A model generated the notes under the pieces. The model was not told the origin of the DNA. It made no database searches and saw nothing but the letters and a program-made list of their open reading frames with translations. 64,000 nt of DNA from an uncultured Methanosarcinaceae archaeon. Lineage in GTDB: Archaea > Halobacteriota > Methanosarcinia > Methanosarcinales > Methanosarcinaceae. Shown here piece by piece: positions 22,297 to 34,589 of the stretch. Position numbers and translations under genes: made by a program. Numbering within the stretch: position 1 is the stretch's first letter; every line of letters begins with the position of its first letter. The DNA lies in contig CAVRJG010000053.1 of NCBI GenBank assembly GCA_963721455.1, positions 171,001 through 235,000 of the forward strand, read 5' to 3'.

Positions 22297-23258
22297 CTAT
22301 CCGAAAAGTCCTGCTGCTCTGAATGTTATCCATGCACATGCTAAGTGTAGCGTAGCAAGGTAATTCTCAATTTTCTTTTCCCATCTTATAAGCAGTCTTC
22401 TGAATCTGTTTATCCAGGAATGTGTCCTTTCTACAACCCATCTTCTTGCCCTAAAACCTGGTATCTCTATTCTTATGTTTTCCTCTCCACGGCTTTTGAT
22501 ATGGGCAGTATAACCATATTCTTTAACCAATTCTCTGATATCAGGAAAATCATATCCTTTATCCATACATATATTCTGAATTCCCTCGTCTGGAGAAGGT
22601 CTTTCAAAAATAATAGCACCTAAAGTCTCTTTTAAAAGCTTTTTATCGTGACGATTTGCTCCATCAACAGTTACTGAAAGTGGTATACCTTTACCATCTG
22701 TTAAAATGCTCCTTTTTGTACCTTTTCTGCCACGATCAGTTGGATTAGCTCCGGTCCCAGCTCCACCTAATGGTGCTTTTGTCATAGCACCGTCAATTGC
22801 TTGCCACTCCCACTCTAATCCATTTTTATTATCGTATTCCAGTAGACCAGCTTCCCACATTTTTTCAAATAATCCTGCTTTTTGCCATTCCTGAAATCGA
22901 TCATGGACAGTGCTTGAAGCTCCATAAAATCGTGGCAAAGCTTTCCATTGGCAACCAGTACGAAGAAGATAAAAAATACCACTCAGTATTCTCTTATCAT
23001 CTTTTCGAGGTCTTCCAGGCTTTTTTTTGGGTTTAGGGAGAGGTAATAATAGTTTGATTCATGTGGATTCGGTTAAGGTGCAAAACGCCAAAAAGTGTTA
23101 TTTTTTATGTAATATATCTAAGAATTATGTTGGAAAATCGCTATACATGGTATTCGAAGTTGTGCATAAAATTCGTTAACCGATGACCAATGTAGTTTGA
23201 TTTTATTCCAGAATTCTTCAGAGATCTCGTAGTCGTGTCCGTTTTTTCGTGTTGTCAC
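22297..23258 (-). pseudogene. IS5 transposase disrupted by insertion at 23060-23192
   Basis: Removing the insert and one TSD gives continuous MTTRKNGHDYEISEEFWNKIKLLLPLPKPKKKPGRPR...RTGCQWKALPRFYG. Confidence 0.9.
23060..23192. mobile_element. 133-bp MITE with CAT...ATG ends and 10-bp TSD (IS4/ISH8-like)
   Basis: TSD tagtttgatt at 23050-23059 and 23193-23202. An inverted homologue lies at 58349-58481. Confidence 0.9.
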
Positions 23259-23385
23259 TAATCAACATTACCCTAAAATGTAGTTATTCTACTTTTCGGA
23301 TAGGCTCTTAATAAAAATAGAAATTTAAACGAACTAGGTAGCTTTGGATAGGCTCTCAAGTTCGTCTATTTTACTAATAGATTAT

Positions 23386-24945
23386 TTACTTCTTTAAGTC
23401 TAAGCCTTGAGCTACAGCTGCGCCCAAGTTCTGGTCTGCCTGTCGCAGGTTATCTACTGCTCGCGTCTGGATCTCAGGTTTGGTTACATGGCTGAGATCG
23501 AACACCAGGTTGGAAACCAAGTGCTCCTTCTCAGTCTGGTTCAAGGAGCGGTATCTCTCTCCTGCCTGAGTAAAGTCATCCGTCTTGTAGATCTGCTCCC
23601 GCGTCATATTTCCTTCGACGTAAGGCTTATATGTCTCTCCTTCCTGGGAAACAGGTTTAGATCCTCCCTGGCTGCTGGGATAGTAATTGACGGAGCCATT
23701 GAACACCTGGTACTGCATGGCCCCATCGCGCTGGTTATTGTCTACTCCTGCCAGAGGTCTGTTGGTGGGCAACTCATTGAAGTTAGCCCCCAGGCGGTAG
23801 CGCTGTGTATCGGCGTAGGAGAATGTCCTGCCTTGAAGCATTTTGTCAGCAGAGAACTCGATTCCTGGAACCAGATTAGCTGGGCAGAAGGCTGCTTCCT
23901 CGACTTGAGTAAAGAAATTTTCGGGGTTGCGGTTAAGCACCATCTTGCCTACTGGTAGCAGGGGGAACTTGTCCTCCGGCCAGATCTTGGTGTCATCTAG
24001 AGGATCAAAGGTCTGATTCATCTCCTCGGAGATATTCATTGTTTGCACATAGAGCTCATACTCCGGGTAATCTCCCTTTTGAATGGCATTCCACAGATCT
24101 CTGGTGAGATAGTCTGGGTCTTCACCAGCTATCTTGGTAGCATTCTGGCGATCGAAATTATGCACTCCTAGCTTTGGTTTCCAGTGATATTTGACGTATA
24201 TGGGTTGGCCTTCCTTGTTTACCCACACATACGTATTAACTCCAAATCCTTCCATCATCCTGTAGCTAGCTGGAGTCCCTCGATCTGAGAAGACCCATGT
24301 AAGCATATGAGTTGACTCCGGAGTAAGGGATATGAAATCCCAGAAGTTATTGTGTCCCGAAGACGACGATGGAGTATTGTTGTTGGGCTCAGCTTTTAGG
24401 GCATGAATAAAATCAGGGAACTTGACAGCGTCTCTGATAAAGAAGACGGGTATATCGTTACCTACCAGATCATAATTACCCTCTTCAGTGTAGAACTTAA
24501 CCGCGAATCCCCGAACATCCCTCACTGTATCCGCGGAACCCTTACTTCCTGCTACTGTGGAGAAACGCACAAAGACGGGAGTCTGGTTATTAGAATCCTG
24601 CAGAAATTTAGCCTTAGTGTAATTGTCCATTGGCTCGTAAACCTGGAAGTAACCGAAGGCTCCGGCACCCTTAGCATGCACTACCCTCTCGGGAATGCGC
24701 TCCCGATCGAAGTGAGAGATCTTCTCAACGAACTGGAAGTCTTGCAAAAGAGTCGGACCGCGCTCGCCTACGGTAAGAGAATTATTGTCGTTGTTAATTG
24801 GATAACCCTGACTAGTGGTCATATTTTTGCTTATATTTGTCCCATTTCCTTCTGATGACTTAGCGAGAGATAAACCTGGTAGAAGAATCGCAAGAGTCAT
24901 CAAAAGTGCTAAAATATATTTCAAATCTCTACGAGAAATATACAA
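23386..24945 (-). CDS. Monofunctional heme catalase with N-terminal signal peptide
   Basis: FDRERIPERVVHAKGAGA, DLVGND and RTFSYADTQRYR motifs; leader MYISRRDLKYILALLMTLAILLPGLSLA. Confidence 0.95.
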   Translation of the reverse strand: MYISRRDLKYILALLMTLAILLPGLSLAKSSEGNGTNISKNMTTSQGYPINNDNNSLTVGERGPTLLQDFQFVEKISHFDRERIPERVVHAKGAGAFGYFQVYEPMDNYTKAKFLQDSNNQTPVFVRFSTVAGSKGSADTVRDVRGFAVKFYTEEGNYDLVGNDIPVFFIRDAVKFPDFIHALKAEPNNNTPSSSSGHNNFWDFISLTPESTHMLTWVFSDRGTPASYRMMEGFGVNTYVWVNKEGQPIYVKYHWKPKLGVHNFDRQNATKIAGEDPDYLTRDLWNAIQKGDYPEYELYVQTMNISEEMNQTFDPLDDTKIWPEDKFPLLPVGKMVLNRNPENFFTQVEEAAFCPANLVPGIEFSADKMLQGRTFSYADTQRYRLGANFNELPTNRPLAGVDNNQRDGAMQYQVFNGSVNYYPSSQGGSKPVSQEGETYKPYVEGNMTREQIYKTDDFTQAGERYRSLNQTEKEHLVSNLVFDLSHVTKPEIQTRAVDNLRQADQNLGAAVAQGLDLKK

Positions 24946-25901
24946 TGAAACTACCCCCCAATTATGGTTATATCATTATTCAAGCACATGATTATATAAT
25001 TTTCGTTACTATATACCTGATTAAATATATGTATTTTTATATAACAACTGGCCATATCAGCATAGGAGGGAGTAATAATAAAGATCTAAGGATTTCTCCT
25101 CGGCAATAGACTTCGATGACTTTTTTCTTTGCGGATTTTCAGGTTATACTATTTAATATCTGTTTATTAGATGTAATAAATATATAACAGATACTTACTT
25201 TTAAAACGCCTGCTGATTCTAAAAACTGGACTAGAAAGCTGCTCCTGATTTAATTATTCAAAATGTGGATTTAAAGCCTGCTACGAGCATGTCCTTATCT
25301 TCTAGGGTATGAAAAAACTCCGGTTCCTTTGGCTTTAATCTTCGGGATGGCCATTGGGGATTTCAGCTTATCAGCATCAGGGCCGCCATACGAGAGATGA
25401 AAACTGTCACAAGTCCAGTTTCATATTTTTCATTTCACACGCCTAGCGTCCTAAATACCTATCCATATTCAAAACGATAGCCCTGGCCATTGTACGTGGC
25501 TTCTGGGTATATGTGCTTAGGTATGTGGAAGGGTACAAAGAAGCTACGCTTAATCCACTACAATGCCTTCGGCAGAAATGCTCACCCTACCAGTTTTCTT
25601 AATATCCTGAACCGAAGGATAGTCCAAATACTTATGACCCAAATTTCTGGGTGGAGATGGATTGCAATACCTGAAAAAATGAGTTAATATTACTATGTCA
25701 AGTTACTTTCCTCCATCTTTTAAACCTTCAAATGGAGAATCAATCTCAAGTTCTCACCGTTTTCAAAATCTTTAAGCTTCACCTCTTCATTTTCATTATC
25801 CCAGTCAGGTTCATAATCAGTATAATAAGTTTCAATTCTCTGTTTAATATCAATTTTTGTGATTCAACACTTGGACCGAATAATCCCGAGAGAGCATCTA
25901 A

Positions 25902-26035
25902 GAGCCTATCCGAAAAGTGTTGTGACCTACTGTAGCTTTTACAATAGGTAATATGCACTGCCGGAATGGATACTCTATATTTATAGACCTATAGTAACTT
26001 CACAACATGCCATTATTGACTTTTCGGATAGGCTC
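25902..26035. mobile_element. 134-bp MITE with the same TIRs as the IS5 element
   Basis: gagcctatccgaaaagt ... acttttcggataggctc with no ORF inside. Confidence 0.9.
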
Positions 26036-26071
26036 TTAATTCATCGGTTGGCTATAATTCAAACGAAAAGG

Positions 26072-26198
26072 TAAACTACTGAAAGCATGGAAAACACGGA
26101 ATAAAGGAAACATGGGCACAATCTTTCCGTGTTTTCCGTGGTTATAGAGTCTGGATTGAGTTTTTCCGTGCCCATCGCTGTTTTTCATGTTTATAAAG
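26072..26198. repeat. Copy of the CACGGAAA palindromic repeat family
   Basis: Aligns by eye with 14539-14672. Confidence 0.7.
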
Positions 26199-26407
26199 TT
26201 TGAATTATAGTGTTTAAAAGTGTATTTAATTTGTGCGTTGACTATAATTGGCGTAAAGCTGATCCCAAAACTCAAAATTGCTTTTCTGAATCTCTTATTC
26301 AGAATAATCAATCGGGTTTCGGATCGTGAAAAAATTGTTCTGAAATGTTACTGACTTGAGAATAAAATTGGTTTTGGGATGAGCTCATACGATAAAACCT
26401 CCGGGTC

Positions 26408-27010
26408 TTAATGGAATTTTTCCTCAAAAACCTCGCCCTGCGGTTCTTTTTCCTTGAAAATCTGCCCTTCGAAACAGGAGACTTCGGCTCCTTTGAGCCA
26501 GGCGTCCGGAGAAAGGCCGGCTTTCAGACAGGTATGACTCAGAAAGTCGATAGAATCCATATTGTTTTCAGGAGCGACCTGAGGAAGCAGCAGTCCCTGG
26601 CAATAGCCCTGCTTTACAATAAGACCATGCCTTCCGATCTCTATACGGCCAGGAAGCTCTTTTGGAGGAGCATTGATCTTTTCAGGCGGGGTAAGAATTG
26701 TAACCTCAACAACTATATCATCCAGCTCATCTGCTCCGACAGGTGGGAAACGCGGGTCACGGGTTGCCGCAGAAATGGCAGAATCCATAATTGCTTCCTC
26801 AAGTGTGGAGTCAGGAAAAGGATGCCCTATACAACCCCTGAGGAGCCCGTTTTCCGTAAGTGTGACAAAAACACCCCTCTTCTCCCCGAAAACCGGCGAA
26901 AGCTCAAAACCGAGCTCCTGAGGTTCCGGAAGCCTTTCTTCAGATAGGAAAGATTCAATCGTCTTCCTTGCAAGTTTGACTGCAGTCCTGCCTTCGATGT
27001 CTGTAAGCAT
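26408..27010 (-). CDS. AMMECR1-domain protein (TIGR00296-like)
   Basis: [24 protein letters not shown] motifs. Confidence 0.93.
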   Translation of the reverse strand: MLTDIEGRTAVKLARKTIESFLSEERLPEPQELGFELSPVFGEKRGVFVTLTENGLLRGCIGHPFPDSTLEEAIMDSAISAATRDPRFPPVGADELDDIVVEVTILTPPEKINAPPKELPGRIEIGRHGLIVKQGYCQGLLLPQVAPENNMDSIDFLSHTCLKAGLSPDAWLKGAEVSCFEGQIFKEKEPQGEVFEEKFH

Positions 27011-27247
27011 GTTTGAACCAACACCTCTATTTTATTATTCCAGCATGTGAATGTCAGCCAGTAGTATCAGCTACAGGTTAATGACAAGATGTGTATGGAA
27101 GCTATTATAACAGTATGTTTATCGGCGCTGGTTAAAGTAGATTTCCAGAACTTGATTTCTGAGGAGCCGGAAGATGAGAAAAATTATTTGAAAAAAGTTT
27201 TAAAATTTTGGCAGGAAAGGACTGCCGAATAGAAAGCTCACTATTGT

Positions 27248-27297
27248 GAACTGCCCCGAAGCTAAAGACTTCGGAGTCTCACGCTTCTTCCTATAAA
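27248..27297. repeat. Hairpin resembling an IS200/IS605-type element end
   Basis: ccccgaag-ctaaaga-cttcggag followed by tctcacgcttcttcctata; homologous to 7186-7232. Confidence 0.5.
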
Positions 27298-27323
27298 GGC
27301 CGGAACTCTCGGGAACAGGACAA

Positions 27324-28562
27324 TTAAAGTTTTTTAGCTTCCTGGTACTTTTTGGCCGCAGCCTTCAGAGCCTCAACGCCTGGAAGCTTTACCCCGGCAA
27401 GATAGTCAATGCATGCCCCTCCACCTGTGCTGATGTGGGAAAAACGGTGTTCAAGGCCTAGATGACCAACTTCTGCCGAGATATGCCCCCCGCCAACGAT
27501 TGAAAACTCGGATTTGATCGCAGCTTTTATTATTTCGTGAGTTCCAAGGGCAAAATCATCAAGTTCGGAAACGCCCGCAGGGCCGTTTAAGACAACCGTT
27601 TTTGCATTCTCGATTTCATGGGTAAAGTCCACGATGGTTTCAAGCCCTATATCATTTATGGGAAGAGAATCTGAATCAAGTTCCGAAACCGGCGCTTCGA
27701 CCCGCTTCTTATTATCGTTTAAAGCCACGTCCTGGGGGAGGCCCACCTTGTCTTTGAACTTCGCAAGCAGGCCTTTTGCCTTTTCGATCTGGGCTTCGTA
27801 ACCCTGTGACTTGATGAAATCCAAATTGGTTTTTCCGATATTTACTCCGGATGCAGCAAGGGCCACGTTTGCTACTACCCCGGTCAGGAGTACCCGGTCA
27901 GCCCCTCCATTTGCAAGCACATTTTCCGCCACTCTAAGGGAGTCGTCCACTTTTGCCCCTCCGAGCACGAAAATAGCTGGCCTTTCCCCTCCTTTGACCC
28001 CTCTTTCCAGAGATACAATCTCTTTTTCCATTACCCTTCCGGCTCCAGACGGAAGAACTTCCGTAAACCCGACCACAGAGAGATGAGACCTGTGAGATAC
28101 GGCAAAGGCATCGTTGAGGAAAATATCCACAAAAGGTGCCAGCTTTGTAACCGGATATGTGTTGGCCTGTTCTGCCGGAGACCTTTCGAGGCTTTCTTCG
28201 GAATAGAACCTTACATTTTCAAGCAGTATGACATCACCATTTTCCATCGAAGCAATCCGGGTCTTTGCATAAGTTCCGAAGATATCGTCAACATAGAGAA
28301 CCTGCTTGCTCAGATATTTGGACATTAAGTTGGCATGAGGCTTCATCGTCGTGAAGTCTTTTTTCCCTGGCCTGCTCTGGTGCGCAAGCAAAACAACTTT
28401 TGCGTCCTCAAGATCCTTCAAGGTGGCAATATGGCTTCGGATCCGCATATCATCCAGAATATTACCCCGTGGATCCATAGGAGAGTTCAGGTCAACCCTT
28501 ACAAGAACTGTCTTTCCATATGTGTCAAAATCATCGATTGTAAGAAAGTTTCTAGAAGTCAT
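27324..28562 (-). CDS. pgk: Phosphoglycerate kinase
   Basis: RVDLNSP, LLENVRF, GGAKVDD, HISTGGGA motifs. Confidence 0.97.
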   Translation of the reverse strand: MTSRNFLTIDDFDTYGKTVLVRVDLNSPMDPRGNILDDMRIRSHIATLKDLEDAKVVLLAHQSRPGKKDFTTMKPHANLMSKYLSKQVLYVDDIFGTYAKTRIASMENGDVILLENVRFYSEESLERSPAEQANTYPVTKLAPFVDIFLNDAFAVSHRSHLSVVGFTEVLPSGAGRVMEKEIVSLERGVKGGERPAIFVLGGAKVDDSLRVAENVLANGGADRVLLTGVVANVALAASGVNIGKTNLDFIKSQGYEAQIEKAKGLLAKFKDKVGLPQDVALNDNKKRVEAPVSELDSDSLPINDIGLETIVDFTHEIENAKTVVLNGPAGVSELDDFALGTHEIIKAAIKSEFSIVGGGHISAEVGHLGLEHRFSHISTGGGACIDYLAGVKLPGVEALKAAAKKYQEAKKL

Positions 28563-28881
28563 AACCTCAGCGCACCTTTGTGAATAAGATTTTATATATA
28601 GATTGAAGAATAAAATTTAAAAGACAAAATTTTAGGAAATTTTTCTTCATTATAATAGTGGTTATCTTGTTCATGGGATTTTTTCCATAAATAAGTTTGT
28701 CTGTGTTCAGGTCTCGTGAGATAGATTGTGAATTTTATATAAAAGTCAGAAGAAAAAAGACCAATCCATCCATATCACTTGAGAAATAGACCGCACTATC
28801 AGGACAAAATATTAAAGGAGGTAGAAAGCGACGACGTATGAAAAAGAAAACCTTAGAGACTTTGAAGAGAGGGTCAAAACA

Positions 28882-29424
28882 ATGGTGGAAGCAGGATATA
28901 CAACTGTTGGAAGAGAGATAATTAAATGCACGCGATGTCCGCTCCATAAAAGTGCAATCAGGAGAGTTATAGGGAAAGGATCCTGCAATCCGAAAGTTTT
29001 CTTCATAGGAGAGGCACCCGGAAAAAACGAAAACGAAACAGGGATTCCGTTCTACGGAAGGGCAGGAAAAAAGCTGGACAAGATGATCGAGTATATGGGG
29101 CTTTCTGAAAAGGATTGGATGGTGACAAACACTGTCAAATGCCACCCTCCGGAAAACAGAAAGCCCGGAATAAACGAGATTGAATGCTGCAAGCCCTTCC
29201 TTCTTGCACAGATAATTCTGCTTGACCCAAAAATTATAATTCTGCTTGGTAACACAGCCGAGAAGTCCTTTTGCCCTGGAAGAAAACTCGAATGGGGAGT
29301 CCCTGTAGAACACGAAGGAAGAACGATCCTGAAACTCTATCATCCTGCAGCCCTGATTTACACAGCTTCAAAGATAGAGACCCAGTATGCTTTCATTGAC
29401 AAAAACAGGGAGCTGTGGAGCTGA
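28882..29424 (+). CDS. Uracil-DNA glycosylase (family 4-like, Fe-S)
   Basis: CTRCPL, IGEAPG, VKCHPP, YHPAA motifs. Confidence 0.93.
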   Translation: MVEAGYTTVGREIIKCTRCPLHKSAIRRVIGKGSCNPKVFFIGEAPGKNENETGIPFYGRAGKKLDKMIEYMGLSEKDWMVTNTVKCHPPENRKPGINEIECCKPFLLAQIILLDPKIIILLGNTAEKSFCPGRKLEWGVPVEHEGRTILKLYHPAALIYTASKIETQYAFIDKNRELWS

Positions 29425-29698
29425 TCACTTCGAATGACCAGCCATGCTCTCCGCAAAAATAATAAAAATTATTGATTCATAAATTATAAATATCGAGATC
29501 CTTACTCTATTATTGGGGTTTGTATGGCGACCAGGGAACAAATACTAAATAATGACCAGGGTACCTGATGCCAGAATTGAACATTTAAAACGCAAATGCT
29601 TAATGCCTTATAGCAAATTCCCGAATCGCAAACAATATTTTATTATTCTAATATTTTATACCATATATTAGAGAAGAGGTTCTTTGGGAGGAGTAGTC

Positions 29699-29995
29699 AT
29701 GTCAATGGTTAAAATGTCACCTGATGTACTTTCGTGTTCTGATGACAAGGGAAACATGGAAATTCAAATTAATCTGCCTGGAGTAAAGAAAGAGAATATC
29801 GAATTAAAGATGGTCGAGGAAGGCTTTTTCATAAGAGCAAAAAGAGAAGAAACCGGGGTCGAATACGCCGGAACTTATGCATTTTGCTGCGGGGTCGTCC
29901 CTGAGAAAGCTGTTGCGAAATACTGCGACGGAAAACTGTATGTGACAGTGCCTTACAGGGAGACTACGGAAACCGTGGACGTCAAAATTCAGTAA
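29699..29995 (+). CDS. Hsp20/alpha-crystallin small heat-shock protein
   Basis: INLPGVKKENI and AKYCDGKLYVTVP; GGAGG RBS. Confidence 0.85.
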   Translation: MSMVKMSPDVLSCSDDKGNMEIQINLPGVKKENIELKMVEEGFFIRAKREETGVEYAGTYAFCCGVVPEKAVAKYCDGKLYVTVPYRETTETVDVKIQ

Positions 29996-30085
29996 AATCC
30001 CGGAGTAATAAAAAAATTATCGATATTAATATTAGCATCTTGAATTGAATTTTGTAATTCAAAAAAACGGTAAGATGGAGGGAGA

Positions 30086-30280
30086 ATGTATCCAGTAATC
30101 GATTATCACAAATGTACCGGAGCTCTTGCCTGCTATGAAGTTTGCCCTGCGGAAGTTTTTGAGATTGAGGAAATCGATCAGGTAAAAAAGGCAGTCGTAG
30201 CCCGCCCGGAAAATTGCATCGAGTGTGACCAGTGTGTAGAAGCCTGCCCGGAAGATGCTATCGAACTTGTTAAAGACTGA
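30086..30280 (+). CDS. Dicluster ferredoxin
   Basis: CTGALACYEVCP and CIECDQCVEACP motifs. Confidence 0.9.
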   Translation: MYPVIDYHKCTGALACYEVCPAEVFEIEEIDQVKKAVVARPENCIECDQCVEACPEDAIELVKD

Positions 30281-30311
30281 ATTCAAACCCCAAAACGAGT
30301 GGTGAAAAAAA

Positions 30312-30506
30312 TTGCACCCCAGGATTGACTACAATAAATGTGTTGGCTCACTTGAATGCTACGATATCTGCCCTGTGGATGTATTTGATACGGAAGAGAC
30401 AGAAGAAGGGAAAAGGGCAGTAGTAGCACGTCCTGAAGACTGTATAGAATGTGAACAGTGCGTACAGGTCTGCCCGACCGACGCAATAGAACTGGTAGAG
30501 GATTAA
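30312..30506 (+). CDS. Dicluster ferredoxin (tandem paralogue)
   Basis: CVGSLECYDICP and CIECEQCVQVCP motifs. Confidence 0.9.
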   Translation: MHPRIDYNKCVGSLECYDICPVDVFDTEETEEGKRAVVARPEDCIECEQCVQVCPTDAIELVED

Positions 30507-30557
30507 AAATTATTCGGAAAAACTGAGCTTTAAAAAGCTGACAACAGGTTCCAATCA

Positions 30558-31307
30558 TCAGTTTTTCAAAACCAGCCTCATATCAACGGCAAGAACGCCT
30601 TTTCCATCCTCAAAGACCATGAGAGGGTTGATTTCAAACTCTTCGACTTCCGGAAAATCGCAAACAAACCTCGAAACCCTAAGAATTGCATCCACAAGCG
30701 CATCAACGTCAGAAGGCTTTGCTCCCCTGACACCGGCAAGAAGCGGATAGGTTTTAATCCCTGTAATCATCTCCCTGGCTTCTCTTTCGTCAACTGGGGC
30801 TATTGCAAACCGGACATCTTTGAGAATTTCTACATAAACTCCGCCAAGCCCGAACATCAGCATGGGCCCGAAAGTCGGGTCGCGGGCCATCCCTATAATT
30901 ACTTCTCTGCCGCCGGAGAGCATTTGCTGCAGCTGGACGCCCTCAAGGAATGCATCCGGCATTTTCCTCGGAATACTTTCCATCATGTCCTGATAGGCAG
31001 CCCTAACTTCAGCGGCATTTTGCAGGGAGAGTTTGATTCCTCCAACGTCGGATTTATGGGAAATCTGCGGAGAAACGATCTTCATTACAAGAGGGTAACC
31101 GATCTCTTCTGCGATGTTTATTGCTTCCTCTGCAGTTTTTGCAAAGGCAGTCTTCGCTGAAGGAATGCCATACGCTTTTAGAATGCCAGAGGACTCGAGG
31201 CCCAGTATCTGCCAATTCTTTGCTCTGGCAGCCTCAAAAACCCTGGCTGCTGCGGCCCGATCTGAACCGGACGCATGAGGGATAGTATCTACCTGTTTCA
31301 TAATCAT
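30558..31307 (-). CDS. Acetate-CoA ligase (ADP-forming) beta-subunit-like ATP-grasp protein
   Basis: [35 protein letters not shown] motifs. Confidence 0.9.
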   Translation of the reverse strand: MIMKQVDTIPHASGSDRAAAARVFEAARAKNWQILGLESSGILKAYGIPSAKTAFAKTAEEAINIAEEIGYPLVMKIVSPQISHKSDVGGIKLSLQNAAEVRAAYQDMMESIPRKMPDAFLEGVQLQQMLSGGREVIIGMARDPTFGPMLMFGLGGVYVEILKDVRFAIAPVDEREAREMITGIKTYPLLAGVRGAKPSDVDALVDAILRVSRFVCDFPEVEEFEINPLMVFEDGKGVLAVDMRLVLKN

Positions 31308-31550
31308 ATGACATCTTAAGGACAGTTATTCTTTAAGGGTATTAATTTTGTGATAATGCAAATTCCAGCTTTGTAAGGCTGAAAAGGTAATTCTCTAAAG
31401 TACGGAAAAATGAAAAATTCGAAGGAAAAATAGTCGAAGATGAATTTCTAATATCAAAGATGGCTTCAATAAAAAATACTATTTAAATATTTTAATAAAG
31501 GATGCTGTTAACTTAAAAATTGAAAAAGGTAAAGGAAAAAATCCTCTACC

Positions 31551-32780
31551 TCAGATGTTTATGGAGTGTTTTAACTTCGCTTCGGTCTCACATATTTCCA
31601 TTGTATCCCTTGCAATGGTAAGTTCTTCATTGGTCGGGATGACAAGTACCCTTATTTTAGAATCCGGAGTGGCGATATCGATTTCCTGGCCCCTGATTTT
31701 GTTCTTTTCCTGATCGATCTTTATGCCGAAGTTTTCAAGGCCGGAAAGGATTCTATTCCTGATGGTTGCGCTGTTTTCTCCGATGCCTGCGGTAAAGACA
31801 ATTGCATCCGGGTAGTCGAGAACGGCTGAATACTCACCTATGACTTTCTTGACCTTGTATGAGAAGACTTCAAGGGCAAGTTCGGCTCTCTGGTTGCCAT
31901 TGGAAGCTGCTTCGTCAAGTTCTCTGAAGTCGTTGCTGACTCCGGAGATTCCAAGCACACCGGATTTTTTGTTCATGAGGGTGTCGACTTCCCTGGTTGA
32001 CAGTCCTTCTTTTTCCATCATGAAAGGAACGACTGCGGGGTCAATGGAACCGCACCTGGTACCCATCGCAACACCTTCAAGCGGGGTAAAGCCCATGGTG
32101 GTCTCAACAGATTTTCCACCTTTGACAGCAGTTATGCTTGAACCGTTCCCCATGTGGCAGGTGATGATCTTGGTTTCTTCTAAGGGCTTTCCGAGCATAG
32201 CTGCAGCCCTTCTGGAAACGTATAAGTGTGAGGTGCCGTGGAAACCGTATTTCCTGATTCCGTATTTTTCGTACATGCTGTATGGCAGAGCATATATGTA
32301 GGCATACTTGGGTATCGTTGTGTGGAACGTAGTGTCAAAAACGGCAACATTGGGGAGCCCAGGAATGAGCTCTTCGGCTGCTTCAATCCCCATCATGTTT
32401 GGTGGGTTGTGCAGAGGAGCGAGTTCAAAGCAGTCCTTGATAGCCTTTTCCACGTCTTTGTCGATTAAAACCGACCTGGTGAAAATTTCGCCTCCGTGAA
32501 CGACCCTGTGCCCTATAGCGTTGATTTCAGACACGCTCTTAATGACGCCGTATTCCGGGTCGGTGAGGGTTTTAACGGCTGCTTGAAGAGCTACTATGTG
32601 GTTCGGATAGTCCTGGTGTTCTGCTTGATACTTCTTGCCGTCGAGCCTCTTCATTGTAATGATACCATCTTCGAAAGTTACTCTCTCGACGAGACCTGTT
32701 GCAAGCACCGATTCAGTAGCCATGTCAATTAGTTGATATTTGAGAGACGAGCTCCCGCAATTTATAACCAATACTTTCAT
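31551..32780 (-). CDS. ackA: Acetate kinase
   Basis: [36 protein letters not shown] motifs. Confidence 0.97.
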   Translation of the reverse strand: MKVLVINCGSSSLKYQLIDMATESVLATGLVERVTFEDGIITMKRLDGKKYQAEHQDYPNHIVALQAAVKTLTDPEYGVIKSVSEINAIGHRVVHGGEIFTRSVLIDKDVEKAIKDCFELAPLHNPPNMMGIEAAEELIPGLPNVAVFDTTFHTTIPKYAYIYALPYSMYEKYGIRKYGFHGTSHLYVSRRAAAMLGKPLEETKIITCHMGNGSSITAVKGGKSVETTMGFTPLEGVAMGTRCGSIDPAVVPFMMEKEGLSTREVDTLMNKKSGVLGISGVSNDFRELDEAASNGNQRAELALEVFSYKVKKVIGEYSAVLDYPDAIVFTAGIGENSATIRNRILSGLENFGIKIDQEKNKIRGQEIDIATPDSKIRVLVIPTNEELTIARDTMEICETEAKLKHSINI

Positions 32781-32858
32781 CTGTAAACCCCAGTTCAATC
32801 GATTGCTTTCAAGTCACATTCATAGTTTTTGGTTGTTTTACGTTCATACTATAAGAAA

Positions 32859-33899
<1,041 letters not shown>

Positions 33900-34589
33900 T
33901 CAACCAACCTCCTATATAATTAGAGTAATTTAAGTTAGCTGGGTCTTGATATATAAATTTACGTAAAAAGCTTAGAGACATATATAATAATACAAAATAT
34001 ATATTTCCGCCCGCCAACATGTATCCGTGAACGAATATTTATTCTTGAATTTATGATTGCCTAGTATTATTTTTACGGCAGACATGCGATACTTAAAACA
34101 AATATTACTGAATATAAATGACAAATTAATATAAAAGAATTCCGGAATGAGTTCAATGAGAATATTAGGAATTTAAGGATGCCTGCAAAATGGCCATGAT
34201 TTTAAAAAAATGATCGGGTTAGTCATTGAAATTGCAAAGCAGAGAGGTTTTGAAAACGAGAAGGTTTTTAGCTCCATCTCAGAAGTTTGCCCCCGCAAAG
34301 TCTGCGGAGCCTGCAGGGAAAATGATGAAGCTGCTTGCAAATATCAGAGCGCTGATGGAGGTGAGGGACGAGTGGTATGAGGAGAAGGGGCGAAAAACAC
34401 ATGAGGGGAGGCGGAATAAAAATTTGGGAAAAATAAGACAGGGTAACCTTACCAGCCGTATCCAGACCTTCATTGTGACGCTCGTTTACGAGCGGTCTTT
34501 CCCGCGTAAAATAGAAAGAATTAATTTATATGGTTTCAATAAGGGAGCTGTTCCATAAGTAAAAAGAAAATGTTTATGCCAACTGGGAT

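Larger units (their letters stand above)
22293..23307 (-). mobile_element. IS5-family element (IS1031-like), interrupted by a MITE
   Basis: Perfect 17-bp TIR gagcctatccgaaaagt, TTA on both flanks, DDE transposase with RWVVERTHSW. Confidence 0.93.

Noticed and set aside
22297-22299. TAG stop of the IS5 transposase as a pyrrolysine site
   Set aside because: It lies in the TIR at the natural protein end, and the gene is already disrupted.
25280-25870. Protein-like fragments on the minus strand (similar ones at 6050-6480 and 34260-34390)
   Set aside because: Multiple stops and no family I can support; at most unassignable remnants.
31551-32780. Divergent AckA N-half suggesting altered (propionate/butyrate) specificity
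   Set aside because: Acyl-pocket motifs (HRVVH, PLHN, GFHG, IDP) are unchanged.
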